Shown in pieces: positions 31,878 to 44,600 of a stretch of 64,000 nt of DNA. Source of the DNA: Flectonema sp. DT1601 (lineage: Eukaryota). The position numbers were made by a program, and so were the translations under genes. The stretch spans positions 992,001 to 1,056,000 of the forward strand of contig OZ025792.1 in assembly GCA_964019425.1 (NCBI GenBank). The letters run 5' to 3'. Positions within the stretch are counted from its first letter, which is position 1; the number at the start of each line of letters is the position of its first letter. The notes under the pieces are model-generated. The model searched no databases and was not told where the DNA came from. It saw nothing but the letters and a program-made list of their open reading frames with translations.

Positions 31878-34800
31878 TTATGATTTTGGCTGATATTGAG
31901 GTAGGGGCTCCGGAGATGCTGCGGGAGCATTGTTCGTGATTCCTTGAGTCAGTTCCTTCGCTGGAATATCAATTAAAATATTATTAGCAGTAAGTCGATG
32001 TTCAATTTCACGTCTTCGTTGTCGAAGGGTGTTAAGAGTTCTCTCAAGGTTTAATTTTTTTGATGGGAGTGGGTCAGAAACATGTCCCTCAAGATCTCGT
32101 GGTGCCAATTCATTAACTGAAAGCTGTCGATTCTTCTCAGTTTCAACATCCTCTTCTAACCTCTCTCTTGTCATTCTCAACTTGTTCAATCTCTTGCTGT
32201 TTACTAGCGAATTTGTTTCACTATTTCCTGACAGTGAAACACATCGTAATGTTGGAGAGACGACGAGTGACTTTTCACTTTCAACATCTGAAGTCTCTTT
32301 TAGAGATAACTCTTCGTTGTTATTATTTATTTCAATTTGTAAAGTTGCTATTTGACTTCGTAATTCAACAAGAAGAGCACCCGCAGTATCAAAAACAAAG
32401 TTGTTGGAATCATTATAATAAATGTTTGCATTAGTTAGTAAAGTCGAACACCATTCAAACAAGTTACTTATTGATAATCGTAATTGACTGTTTACAGTGT
32501 TTAAGTTGGCGATAAGTGCTTCGTATTCTTGTGACATAAAAGCGTCACTTGTTATTGTGTTGGTAGGAGAGTTTTGAACCGACATGGTATTTCCATCTAT
32601 TTCACTGCCTTGATCTACGGTACTAACATCTAACAGACTAATGTCTGTGTTAGTAGAGGCGGTTTTCATTTCTTTTACAGGGGGTGTTTTGTTTTCACTG
32701 CTGGAGACTTGTGCTCCAAAGTGTTTTTTTGATGGTTCAATTTTTGCTAAAATTCCTATTGACCTCATCTCTACTTCAGCCTTCACAGGAGTGTTGTCTT
32801 CGAATAGAATTGGAGAGCTCCCTCGAGAAACCTTTTCTACTTCTCTTTCTTTTGGGAACTGTTGTCTCAATTGTAGAATTGGAGAACATGTTTGCGCTAC
32901 TAATTTTACTGGAGACCTGATCTTGGCGGTTTGATCGCTTTCAGAAGGGAAATTATTTTGTTCAAAAGTGATAGGAGAGCAAGCTGTATCCACAGCTACT
33001 ACCAGTGGATGTGATTCTTCCGTAATGGGCGACGTCGCAATTGTAACAACCTGAGTAATTGGAGAATGAGGCATCTCATTAAGTTCATCTATTTCTTCAC
33101 CAGGTGACATAACTGTAAGTGGTGATCCCGGAAATGATGATGGACCAGGACTCACTACATTAAAGGCGTTGGAGAATAACTTTCCTGTTTCAGATGAAAA
33201 CAAAACATAAATATCCATAGCATCTTGATATTGATCTGTTGTAGTGTCTGCTCGTTGTTGTGTTTCGATGGATTCCAAAATAACTCGTTCCAGTTGGTTG
33301 TCTAGTTCAGAAATCTTTTGAGGTTCTGCTTTAGGCAAGTTTTCCCTTATAATCTTTTCTAATGCTTGTTTGCTGCTCTCGATATCATTACCGCTAATTA
33401 GAACAGAAATTGATGAATCGTCAAGTTCTATCTTTGAATTTTGATCTTGTGCTTCTTCTCTTTCAAGTGCAGCTTTTACATCAAACATTCCAGTGAAAGT
33501 ACCTCCTCGATTTGTTGTTGTCGGACTAAACATGGGGAGGTCATCAGAGGCAGATGACATTTGCCTTTCGAAGCTTCCTATACTTGTAAAGCTAGCTGGT
33601 TTTATTAATGATGCGAGGCCTGTAGCTGCTTTCTTTCTCTTTAAACCCCAAGAGTCATCGACGTCAATGCCTTCTTCGTAGTCATCATCACTAGAAACTA
33701 TATCTGTGTCAGATACTGTGATGCCATCTTTCTTTGGATGGTTTTCTTTTAAAAATATTTTTGCATGTCCTTCTTCTGATTTACCATCATCAACACCATC
33801 AACAACTTGCGGAGGTGCGAAGCTAACTATTCGATCTCTTTGAGAAAATAATACAATTTCCAAAGCAGAGCACAAGTTTTCAATCACACTGTGCTCAGGT
33901 AACTTCTCTAACTGTTCATCAGTGATGGTGACTACCTGCATTGGTCTGGCATCTGATAGTATTTGTTCCAGTGCTCGAAGTTGAGGTTTAAAAGATAACA
34001 ATAACAGTAAACGTTCCTGTTTCACTCTTCCAGTTGATAACTTTAACAGTTCTTGGTGACGTGAGTATTTAGCAATCTTGTTGTAGTCAGAGATACGATC
34101 TTTCCAAAGGAGGTCACCAGCGGGAGAGTAGCAGAAAACTTCATACTGTGTGACTACTATGGCTACCTCATGAATCTCTGATAGTGATTCTACCCACTGT
34201 GCAGCAGTAGCCATTTTATAAGAATTATCTCTCTCAGTACTCTGAAGTAGATCTATTGCATTTGATGTTCTCATTTCCCAAGCAGATCTTCGATGAACTG
34301 ATCTTCTTGACCATGAATCTGGAGACGACAAAGCAGATGTAGACTCGGAGTCTAATAAAGGGATTGGTGACATTCTAGGATTCCTACCACAAGGTTGTGT
34401 CTTTCTCTTCCCTCCTAAGGATAAGTTTGATGTGTTAGAACCAGTCTCTGATTCAGGAACTTCAACATTAAAAGTATAATTAACTAAATATGATCCAGGA
34501 CTGGGTTCATCAAGCGGAGATCCAATCGGCTGAGTGTTCTTCTTTTGAAGATTAAGAAAAGCATCAGATGGTAAGCTGCGAGGGCTACCAGACATTTCAG
34601 AATCAGAAACCCCAATACGTTGCAAAACATAAACACATCTGCTATGAATAGCTGAAGCATGCTGAAGCTCTTCATATACATCATCGTGAGCAAAAGGAAT
34701 ATCAGTAGACTCAAATATTGGTATCGCGAATGTTAGTTTATCCGTCACGTTTGATGATGTTTCTGATGAGAAGTAATAGCCTTCCTCACCGTCCTGAATG

Positions 34801-35177
34801 ACATGAGGAATAAAGACAAACTCATCACCTGAATGAGACATAACAATTACTTGTAATTGAGAATAATAAAGACAAGAATCAATAGTGTCATTTGGTATCG
34901 TCTCTACAAGACCATTTCTATAATTGTAACGAGCAGTTGCAGTCTCACCAACAATGACAAGTCCCATAGAAACAAACGTTCCTTCTTCAACAATAAAGGC
35001 ACTGAATCCTATCAACACCTGTCCAATTACTTCCGTCGGTGGAATCATTCCTTCTGTCACATACATGTCAGATAGCACTTCTTTTGAAAGTTCAAAATCA
35101 GACAACGCTTCCGGAACTCCAATAAAATTAACTTCTTCATGATTCTCTAGGTACTGGTTTAGCACACTGGCTTCCAT
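31878..35177 (-). CDS. Unknown acidic Ser/Pro-rich protein with C-terminal coiled coil (1099 aa)
   Basis: 3.3-kb ORF, repeated T/C-SP-I motifs, heptad-like C-terminus; no family recognised. Confidence 0.8.
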   Translation of the reverse strand: MEASVLNQYLENHEEVNFIGVPEALSDFELSKEVLSDMYVTEGMIPPTEVIGQVLIGFSAFIVEEGTFVSMGLVIVGETATARYNYRNGLVETIPNDTIDSCLYYSQLQVIVMSHSGDEFVFIPHVIQDGEEGYYFSSETSSNVTDKLTFAIPIFESTDIPFAHDDVYEELQHASAIHSRCVYVLQRIGVSDSEMSGSPRSLPSDAFLNLQKKNTQPIGSPLDEPSPGSYLVNYTFNVEVPESETGSNTSNLSLGGKRKTQPCGRNPRMSPIPLLDSESTSALSSPDSWSRRSVHRRSAWEMRTSNAIDLLQSTERDNSYKMATAAQWVESLSEIHEVAIVVTQYEVFCYSPAGDLLWKDRISDYNKIAKYSRHQELLKLSTGRVKQERLLLLLSFKPQLRALEQILSDARPMQVVTITDEQLEKLPEHSVIENLCSALEIVLFSQRDRIVSFAPPQVVDGVDDGKSEEGHAKIFLKENHPKKDGITVSDTDIVSSDDDYEEGIDVDDSWGLKRKKAATGLASLIKPASFTSIGSFERQMSSASDDLPMFSPTTTNRGGTFTGMFDVKAALEREEAQDQNSKIELDDSSISVLISGNDIESSKQALEKIIRENLPKAEPQKISELDNQLERVILESIETQQRADTTTDQYQDAMDIYVLFSSETGKLFSNAFNVVSPGPSSFPGSPLTVMSPGEEIDELNEMPHSPITQVVTIATSPITEESHPLVVAVDTACSPITFEQNNFPSESDQTAKIRSPVKLVAQTCSPILQLRQQFPKEREVEKVSRGSSPILFEDNTPVKAEVEMRSIGILAKIEPSKKHFGAQVSSSENKTPPVKEMKTASTNTDISLLDVSTVDQGSEIDGNTMSVQNSPTNTITSDAFMSQEYEALIANLNTVNSQLRLSISNLFEWCSTLLTNANIYYNDSNNFVFDTAGALLVELRSQIATLQIEINNNNEELSLKETSDVESEKSLVVSPTLRCVSLSGNSETNSLVNSKRLNKLRMTRERLEEDVETEKNRQLSVNELAPRDLEGHVSDPLPSKKLNLERTLNTLRQRRREIEHRLTANNILIDIPAKELTQGITNNAPAASPEPLPQYQPKS

Positions 35178-35384
35178 TGACTCTCAATCATTTATTATAA
35201 AACTGAACTGGGAGAAGGGGGATGAATCTCCTGTTAGGGATGATAAATAATACAAGTTAATCACAATAACATAATATCATTTAATGAAATTGATGTAAGT
35301 CACCAAGCGGACAACCAGACATATGAGAAGGATGCCGCTAGCTTAGGTGAGAAGGTTAGGATGGCGAGAAGCACAAAAAGGATG

Positions 35385-36794
35385 TTATGTCTGGTTGATG
35401 GCTAATTTTTGAAAATAGTTTTTAGCAGTAGTCGAATTTGCGACCTCGAACGGAGTAGCTCCATCATTGTTACGGATTGTAAGCGAAGCACCAGCAGAGA
35501 CTAACATATCTAAAATCAAACAATCACAACTAATACCAGACACTGCGAGGTGTAGAGGAGTTGACCCATCACTCTTGCTTGACATGTTGACATCAGCTCC
35601 GTTTGCAAGAAGCGCAGCGATGATGGTTTCGTTATCTCTGCGAAGAGATTGTGATGCAGCAAGTAGAGGAGTATCACCGCAGATATCAAAGTAATTAACA
35701 TCAGCTCCAGATGATACTAAATAGTTAACCATACTTACTGTAGAAGCAACATGAAGAGGATTTCCAACATTATCTTGAACAGCTCCTCCAATACTTACTA
35801 TAAACTCCGCAACTTCTACAGGTCCATCAGCGGCAGTAATATACATTGGTATGACTCCTTCACCACAAAAGGGAATTCTTTTGTGTAAATCTATTTCTAG
35901 ATATTCCCTGCGCAGCATTTTCAATATCTTTAATCCGTCGGAAGTCGACAACAAACACGGGAAGTGCTCATCAGATATTGCTGCTCCATTATCTAAACAA
36001 AGTCTTACTATTTCTTCATTCATAAGATTATCTATTTGAGCAAGTGTGTCTTCTGCATTACCTCCAAATTGGAGTAATAAATTAAAATATTTCTTATTCG
36101 TTGATGAGATTCTACACATGGCTGACTGAAGTAGCTGACTTGATGGTAGGAAGTTGTTTTTTTTACTTCTTTCAAGAAATTTCGTGAAGGTTGGAATATC
36201 AATTGTGGTTGATCTCGAAGTCATCAGTGAAGTGATAATGCTGACATCCGTCTTACAGATTGGATCAAACACATCAACAAACAATGATATAATATCAGTA
36301 GCAGAGGGTGCGCTGAAATCACACTTTTGAAATGATTCAACCGTAACTTCAGCACCACTCTTAATAACATGGCGAACATGTGCAGCGTTGTGATCCGTTG
36401 GTACCATGTGAAGTAGTAAGTCTTTAATGCAAAAACCAGCATCCACAAAGAGATTTATAATATGACAACAGTTCTTACTGCAGCTATTCTTCATTGACGA
36501 ATGGAGTAAATGCTCCGTTGGTTCTGTTTTATAAATACAAATCAGCTCTTGAATCGCTGCTGCCTTCTTATCAAATAACACTAATAATTCCTGTTCTGAT
36601 GAAATTCCCAATTCGACAGCTAAAGTAGAGCTGTGTTTGTTTAAGAGTTCTCCTTGGTACTCTACTTGGATGTCATTTATTTGATAGTTGAGTATGTCAC
36701 TTGCTATGCTGTACAAGTCTTTTACAGTGTGAGTTGCCTGAATCACTATCACGTGCGGTATCTGACAGTTCGAGTCAATAAGCACTAAATCCAT
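35385..36794 (-). CDS. Protein with N-terminal ubiquitin-like domain and C-terminal ankyrin repeats (469 aa)
   Basis: Ubl-like TVKDL...YQGELL...ELGISSEQEL; ankyrin motifs GNPLHVA, GADVN, GDTPLLAA, GSTPLHLA, GATPFEVA. Confidence 0.85.
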   Translation of the reverse strand: MDLVLIDSNCQIPHVIVIQATHTVKDLYSIASDILNYQINDIQVEYQGELLNKHSSTLAVELGISSEQELLVLFDKKAAAIQELICIYKTEPTEHLLHSSMKNSCSKNCCHIINLFVDAGFCIKDLLLHMVPTDHNAAHVRHVIKSGAEVTVESFQKCDFSAPSATDIISLFVDVFDPICKTDVSIITSLMTSRSTTIDIPTFTKFLERSKKNNFLPSSQLLQSAMCRISSTNKKYFNLLLQFGGNAEDTLAQIDNLMNEEIVRLCLDNGAAISDEHFPCLLSTSDGLKILKMLRREYLEIDLHKRIPFCGEGVIPMYITAADGPVEVAEFIVSIGGAVQDNVGNPLHVASTVSMVNYLVSSGADVNYFDICGDTPLLAASQSLRRDNETIIAALLANGADVNMSSKSDGSTPLHLAVSGISCDCLILDMLVSAGASLTIRNNDGATPFEVANSTTAKNYFQKLAINQT

Positions 36795-37122
36795 TCCAAT
36801 ATTTTAGTGTATAAAAAAAACCTGTTTTAAAATTTAAAAAAAAAAAAAATAAAAACTCTAAAAAAGAAAAAAAAACCCTATAAAATTCAAAAAAAAAAAA
36901 GCGCTCCTTTTTCAACAGTGAATCAGTTAGTTAGTTAGGAATCAAAATTGTTTTATATATTAGGGGTCCAAGTTTTTTTTTTATTAGTATTCGACTTTTG
37001 TCTTTTATTTTTTTGCTTTTCACCGGGATTGGAGGCTCTGGTCTATACATGCAATCACAAAAAGTCTGAGCGGCTTTTTTGTATCATACAATAGGGAACT
37101 TAGTTTGCTAGTAAACAAAGAA

Positions 37123-37156
<34 letters not shown>

Positions 37157-37161
37157 AACGT

Positions 37162-37205
37162 GGGGTTAACTGCTCGAGTTTGTACGTAAAATACAAATAT
37201 ATTGT
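37162..37205. repeat. Fragment of dispersed repeat family A
   Basis: GGGGTTAACTGCTCGAGTTTGTACGTAAAATACAAAT matches 58859 and 60125. Confidence 0.75.
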
Positions 37206-37792
37206 GTGGAACGGGGTATTTATAAGCAAATATTACTTTGAACTAATTTAATAAACTAATCATCGTAACAAGAAAAAGAGTTCCAAGTTGGGGGGGTGTA
37301 ACGATTTTTTATAAAAAATATTTTAAAAAACAAAAACAAAAAAAAAATCCCTTATCTGAAATCAAGTAACTACCAAAACTACTTAATTTGCAGTTTATAG
37401 CAGGTACTCGACAGGTGGAGTTTATGAACGAAAAAAGAAAACAGTGATACCAAAAAAAACCTGATCGTCAACACGAAATACAGCCCTTCTTGTATATGAG
37501 TCATTAAGAGGGATCCATTATAAACATTGCAGGCTACGATTACTTATAATATGTTAAAGTTTCTCCTGGGAGGAGAATTGGATTTTTTTTTTTGAAAAAA
37601 TTTTAGAGGGAAAAAAAAAATCCAAAACTTTTCGAAAAACATTGCCCTAAAGGCAAACAGCGTAACAGTAAAGGTCGTTTTATACTTCTCCTTTCTAATA
37701 CCTCAGAAGGTATTAGAAGTAGAGACGACTATAGAATCAAGCCTGTTTACTTCTTACAGAAAATGAGATGAGTCCTTTTCGGGACTTCGGGT

Positions 37793-38480
37793 TCACTCTT
37801 CAATCAAAGGTAGTAATTCTGCCTCTTCTTCTATGACTCCATCTTCAGCTGCAGGAGGCTCAGCTGTTTTCTCTATATTATCTCCAGTGTCCCAATTACA
37901 ATCCTTACAAAGCTTCGCTTCTGGGGGAGGGAATGGGTTTCCTGTGCAGGATTCGTATTCCGAATTAGTTGTTGTCAAGACAGGTCCGAAGGTACATTGT
38001 ATCGCTACACAAGAGTTAGCTAATGTACACTTGTCATTATCACACTTTAATAGTTCTGATTGTGTTAGGGTTGCGTCTCTTACTTTACAGTTGTCAAGCT
38101 TGCATCTCATTAACTCGGCTCCGTCATCAATTTTGCAATTGACAAGACGGCAATTGATAACGGTCGTGTTTGTTCCTCGGATGGTACAATCGGTAATTCT
38201 GAATTATATTATTAAAGATGTTATTTAAAACAAACAATACAGCAGATAGGGGAAAAAAAAAAAAGTAAACATACGTATGCGTAGCGTTATCCACCAAGCA
38301 ATCCGTCAATGTAATTCCGTTCATTTCTTTATCAGGTGTGTGCAATCTCATATTGTGCATCTCTCGCGGATAATCTTTTCCTGGTGACCAAACAGCTTTA
38401 TTCGCGTTGCTTTTTTGCCTCTTAGGAGGAGCAACTCCGAGATCACTCTTTGGTGGTTGCTTGCTTTCACTGCAGCCCAT
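37793..38480 (-). CDS. Two-exon gene (exons 38480-38275 and 38198-37793), 203-aa MGC-motif protein with Cys pentapeptide-like repeats
   Basis: Removing a 76-nt GTATGT...CAG intron joins the two ORFs in frame (..DNATHT/ITDCTIRG..); 206+406=612 nt. Confidence 0.85.
38199..38274 (-). other. GT-AG spliceosomal intron, 76 nt
   Basis: Donor GTATGT, U-rich body, acceptor TTCAG; restores the reading frame. Confidence 0.85.
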
Positions 38481-38657
38481 GTTGAATGATAAATATTACT
38501 GTAAACAAAAAAAGATGAAATATAAATATCAAATTTCGACTTCGAAAGTAATTTTGAAGAAGTGAGAACACGACTAAGAATAATAACGAACAAAAAATAA
38601 GACTTTGAATGGTGTAAATAATATAAAAAAAGAAATAACCCCATAAGGAGTCCTTAA

Positions 38658-41600
38658 CTAAAAGAAGATACCTGGTACTTCTATTCCGAGTTGTTTCTTA
38701 TCGACGCCGCTTATTAGAAATTGATATCTAATAAGAAGTGTTTTCACATCTTTTACTGACATCGATATAAGTACATCAAATTCTCGTAGTCTTTTACTCC
38801 CTTCTAACGAGTTATTTTGAGATTTTAAGTAGGAGTATGTACGAAGCTGTGACTCATGTACTTCTGATTTAGTAAGTAAATCATTAATAACATAATACCA
38901 TGACAGAGAAACTGATCGAAGCAGGCATAGCTGAGGGAGGAATCCAGAGTATGAATATATCAGGAAGAGAACAGGTGATAACGAAGAAGATTCTTTATTG
39001 CGAATAGGAATTGTAAGACCTAATTCATCACATTTCTTAGACAATGAGATTGTCTGTTTTACTAAGTTCCAAAGTAATAACAATCCATTAGTGTCTGATG
39101 GAAGTGAATTAATGTTCTCATCAATCGAAACACGTTGTTGTTGTTGTTGGCGGGTTGGTATACACGAAGCATATTCTTCTAATTTTCTTTTTCTCAATTC
39201 CAACCAATTTAAATTCCTCGGATTACACCATCTCAACTCTTTAAAACATTTCCCATACGGCACTACTTCAACTAACAGCGATGGATGCTGACACGATGCA
39301 ACCACACTATTAACTTGTTCGTTTATCGATGTCTTCAGTAATGCAGCAAGTGCAGGATAAGGATAGTTAACTAGATTGCTCATTGCATATTTTCGTGACT
39401 TTTGAGATGCGATTGCAGCTGTTTCCGTTGTTAGAGGATTTAAACAAAAGGATTCTCGAGTGCTTTGAGGCAGTTGTTTGAATAAAACATCGACAGCAGA
39501 GTTGTGAAATTCATTTTTTAATTTTGGTATGTTGTGAGTATCGTCATCTACAGTGTTTTCATCCCAACTACCACGGTGATAAACAATATGAAGCGTCTGT
39601 TGATTTATTAACTGACACGTTGCGAGGCTATCCCTAATCACGTTTTCAACCATTGCAGTAGTTTGTGACATATACAGGAATACTTCTTTAGCTCTTTGTT
39701 GGACTTTAGAGCTGTCATCAAAGGATTGAATTGTTTGTTGAAGATTGTAAATAGCATTATCATCATTTTGCATTGAAGCATTATAAAGTTGAGAAAATAA
39801 AGAATCATCAGCGTCATTTATGTATACTGAAATATTCGGACATATTCCTTTAGTGTTTTCTTCACAGTTTACTATTAGATTTCGGTAGGCATCTGAAGCC
39901 AGTTTGACAGCTGAAACAGCGTTTAAGGAAAAAAACTGATCAATTCGTTCATACAAATCCCAACAATAAATAATATCCTCATCACAGAATACTGGTATCG
40001 TTAGGAGTCCTGTTTTTGTAATTGTTGGAGTTGATTTGTTGACATCATCAACCTTAGCTCTTGAATCGACGAATAGAATTTCTATTCTTTTAACTAATAA
40101 AGTACACATCTGACCATACACACTGTGATTTCTAATTAAGCTACTTAATGTGTTTAGGATTTCTCTTCCTAAGCAGCCACCTCCAATGCCGTAGGAACAA
40201 ACTGTTAAGGCTCTCATTCGATCTGATTTCCCAAGTGATTCAGCTGAAGCGGTATTAACAAATATTGAAAACATTGACAACATGTGTTTATAAACAGACT
40301 TAGATAGCTCTGAGGAGTTTATAAAATTAACATGACTACTTCGACTATCTGTTAATTCAGATTGAAGTTGAACAACAGGAGAATTGGTGTTAAACTGCAT
40401 AACCTCTTCAGCAGTTCGAATCAAGCTGTTGTGAACATCTAACACTTGTGCATTAACTGAACTAAGAAGAGCTATGTCAGAGACTTGTAGTACTCTCTTT
40501 GATAAAGCTAAAGCCATTTTATCATTACCTCTTCCTCCTAACTTATAATCCGTTGTTGAGATCATCATCATTCTGACGTCAGCGAGTGTCATTCTTTCGT
40601 CGAATAGATTTGGTGACCAGTTTGGAACACTCGCGTCAACACAATCTCCAGGAAGAATCATTGCACCTGATGAGTGATATTTGTTGTGTCTGTTGTTTTT
40701 TATTGATTTCTGATATGTTTCACTGATGTTAATATTATTATTTACCGGCTGTCTCATTGCCACAGCTGTTTCATCAGATACAAAAACCAGTGGGTGAAAT
40801 GCGCTTGGATTAGCCTTTAAATACAACGACAGTTTTAAATAGCTTTTATATGATGGAATGATGTCTGCTGCTGTAAGTCCTCCGACAGTATCGCGAACTC
40901 CAACAATGAGTGCTCCACTCTTTATGAGAGTCGTTGAAATCTGATATCTAGACTTTGCTACAGAATAGTGTAATGCTGTATATCCATGTGAATCTCTCAT
41001 ATTTAATATATTTATAAAGGAAGAAGTTAGAGTTTTGTCTTCTTCGTCTAAGTCTGACTTCAATACAACATTTAATGTTTTTTGAAATCCTTCCAACGCA
41101 CAGGTATGAATAATATTGTCACAGCTTTGCTTAAAACTATCTCTATAAGGAGGTCCAATGTTTTTAGATTTTTGAGTTTTTAGTTTGAAAGAATCTAATA
41201 ATGTTACTGTGTTAGTGTCAATCAACTTAGCTGCTTGTCTAGCGTATCGTAAGGTGACAGTACACGACCGAGTCTCATGAGAAAGTGAGAATTCCTTAAT
41301 ATTAGAAAAAGAAACAGCTATTAATCTATATAGAGAACTGCGAAGTTTCTCAGAGCATTCGGACAGGGTAGGAATTGAAATTTGATTTTCAGGATCAGAA
41401 AAAGCTTGTATTTGTTGTTTTCTTGCAATATTACTTCGAAGGACATCAGGAGTGGGTAGACCAGTTAACATTACTCTTCTGAGATCATCTTCTCCTTCTT
41501 TAACTAAAGCAGCGCAGGTATGATCATCCTTGTCTTTAATTGATCGTTCCAACTTCCTTTGCATTGAACACTTTGTATGACGTTGTAAGCCTCTACTTAA

Positions 41601-44600
41601 GAAGAAACAAGCTTCTTCTGGATAGGCTCCTCTTACAACAGGTGAATTACAAAGATCTTCATATATATAACGTGGATAGATCCATTGGTTATTTAGAATG
41701 TAAGAAAGTGATGTGTTCTCTTTGTCATCTGTGTCTTGAAATGATGAAAAGATGTACTGCGAAGTACTACCCGGTGATAGTACTCTCATCCCACCGAATA
41801 GGATTGAGTAGCAGAGAGCGTTTAGTTTACAATCTGGTGTGTTGCTTACCTGACCAAAATAATTCTCATATCCTTCCACTGTTTGTAATAATCGAGCTGT
41901 TAAGTTTCTTAATTGATTCTTAGCAGCAATATGTATAACAGTTTCACCATTTCCTTTACTATATCCAAGTTGATGAAGACACATTGGAAGAAGTTGCATA
42001 GCGACCAATTCATTTCCCAACTCGGCTGCGAGGTACAATGGTGAGATTCCAGTGTTTAATATTTTTGTTCTTAAATCAGAAGGTAGTCCACTTGGGATAA
42101 CTCCAACTACACAATTAGTATTATTGCTAACAATAGCATGGTGGAGAAGTGTCCAATTGTTAATATCAACTTCAGTGAGTCGATTTGATGGGATGATACG
42201 TTTTTCAGTACTGAGTTCAGTTTCGGTACTCTCGTCACAAAATGAAGAAGCTTGTTCATCTTCTAAAAAACAAGGTCGGAACTGTGCAGTTTTAGTACCA
42301 GTTACACTGACTGACTGAGGTCGTGGAGGTAACTGGTTACTTGGTTGTGATAGTTTCCCTTTTATATCAGTTGATGCTGATTGTGGTCGAGTCTTCTTCA
42401 CAATAAGATCCTCTTCAGAGGCTATCAGACACACGTCTTGAAAAATCCCAACTCTCGCAAACTTCATCAACGCTGTCCGTTTAAGTTTATCTCTTGGCTC
42501 AGTACTACAGCCCTGATTAAGTAATAGTTTTATAATTTCAATAGAAGCTACACTGTCATATCTAACTGCGTGCATTAATGGTGTTAATCCAGTAGCATCT
42601 TTACTGTTTAGTCTTTTAAGAACTTCATCTGGTGACATGAACTCAATTTGATTAATACAAGCTTGAACACCTGCAACAATAATCTTTGAACAGAACATGT
42701 GAATAGCAAACCCACTCTCCCAAACAGGCGTTCCTAATCTAACTAAAAATGTAGCGAAATCAAAACAGGTTTTTAGAATCGCAGATTCAACGACGTTGTT
42801 CTCATGTATATCTAAAACAGATAGCCGCAAGGATGAGATTGGTGAATTCTCTAACAATTGATTAATAACCTCTTTATAGACGGCATTGATATTCTGACAC
42901 ATATTCACAGGCAGTGCCTCAAGCATTACATGAATAGGCGATACCTCAATAAGATTATCACCTGTAACAGCCTGTTGATTTACTAATATTGGTACGCCAG
43001 GTACGGTAATCACACATCCTCTTGAAAGCAGAACTGATAACGATTTCTTAGCTCTCTGTACGGTATTTAGTGATCTAATAAATAATAAAAGAGGTGTTGC
43101 TCCAGATACAATCGATATTTGATTTCCTTTTTGACTTACAAAACCAGAATGAATTGAATAACTACCAACATAACATCGAAGTGATATGTTATCTGGTGTG
43201 GAGTTTGGAAACGCACCAGCAGTTAATAATAACATTCCGACTACTAAAGATCCTCCTCGAAATGCAGCTGATAATGGAGTGTCAGAATTAGAACCTGCGT
43301 GGACATCTATCCAAGGACACTGCAATAATTCGAACACGCAGTCTCTATTACATAACAATGACGCAATGTACAGCGCTGTTGTTCCATTCTCAAAGTATTT
43401 GGGTAAGAATTTTGGCTTCTCATCTCGAATGCAATTATTTATCGTATCAACAGAATGTGATATAAATATTTTCACAAGGCATCGAATAAGAACGGAATCG
43501 CTGTTGATCACAGCGTACAATAATACTCGAAAATCGAGATTCATATTGAGATGTCCACTTTGTATTAAAGCGCATTTTATTTGTTGACAAAGCCTCCTAC
43601 CTGATGTTAATGGCAATGATGAGAAAAGGGTGTTTGATCTTGTTGTGGATTTGTAGGAAATTTCATTATTTTTGAAAATATCAGTTGGGCGTTGAAGAAG
43701 GCAATCATCCACCTGATAACCAGTAAATGTTTCCCTTATGAAGTCAGCAGCATGGCTACCTGTATCATGGTGTGATATCTTAGACATAAGTTCTGAAATA
43801 CTAGCGTGACAGCTACCAGGGATTGTTTCCGACAACAATGAATTTGGTATTGGCTCCGGTTCCAGTCGTAAAGTTGAATATCCGTTACTTACTACTGAAG
43901 AAGTGATGTCATATAAATCATTACCACAATTTGATAAAACTAACAATTCTAAAATATGTGTTAAAGAAAGTCTAGCGATAGCACATCCGAGTGGTGTAAG
44001 TCCACTTCGATCTCTCGATGTTATTAATTTAATCGTTTCATCTTTTTTGATCCTCCGGCAAACTTTTGCCAACAGAGACGACGGTCCAGATCTACAAATA
44101 AAATGAAACACATTCTTACTTCCTAAATCCTTACCAGTCCAAGACCAACAACACTTTGGATCACCTAAAGCAGTGTCAATAAGGTTCCACAAGTTGCATT
44201 TCGCAGCTAAGGTTGCTATCTTAGAAGATTCGCAGTATCTACCACCTCTCTGATACAGACGTTCGCAGGTATTTCGTACTGTGGGAAGGCTTGATTGAGA
44301 TTCACCCAGTTGGGTATCAACGTCTAAAATACTGTTTATAGCTGTTAGTGTATGTTGTGTTGTTTGGTTGGAAATTGTGTTTTCTTCCAACAAGTTATTT
44401 TGTATCGCGTATTGAAGTAGTCTTAACATCGCGACAGTTGCTACACTCCCATCGCCATCAGGTTCAGATGGTAATACTAACCCAGCGTTTAGTAGCTGTG
44501 AAATCACATTCAAAACACCACCAGTTTGTTTTAGTAACGTTGCTCCACAAGTTTTAAAATCTGGCTTTACCAACAACAATACGAATTCAATAATTCTCTT

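Noticed and set aside
37765..37790. Hammerhead-like GATGAGTCC...GGAC
   Set aside because: Lacks the CUGA start and the GAAAC core
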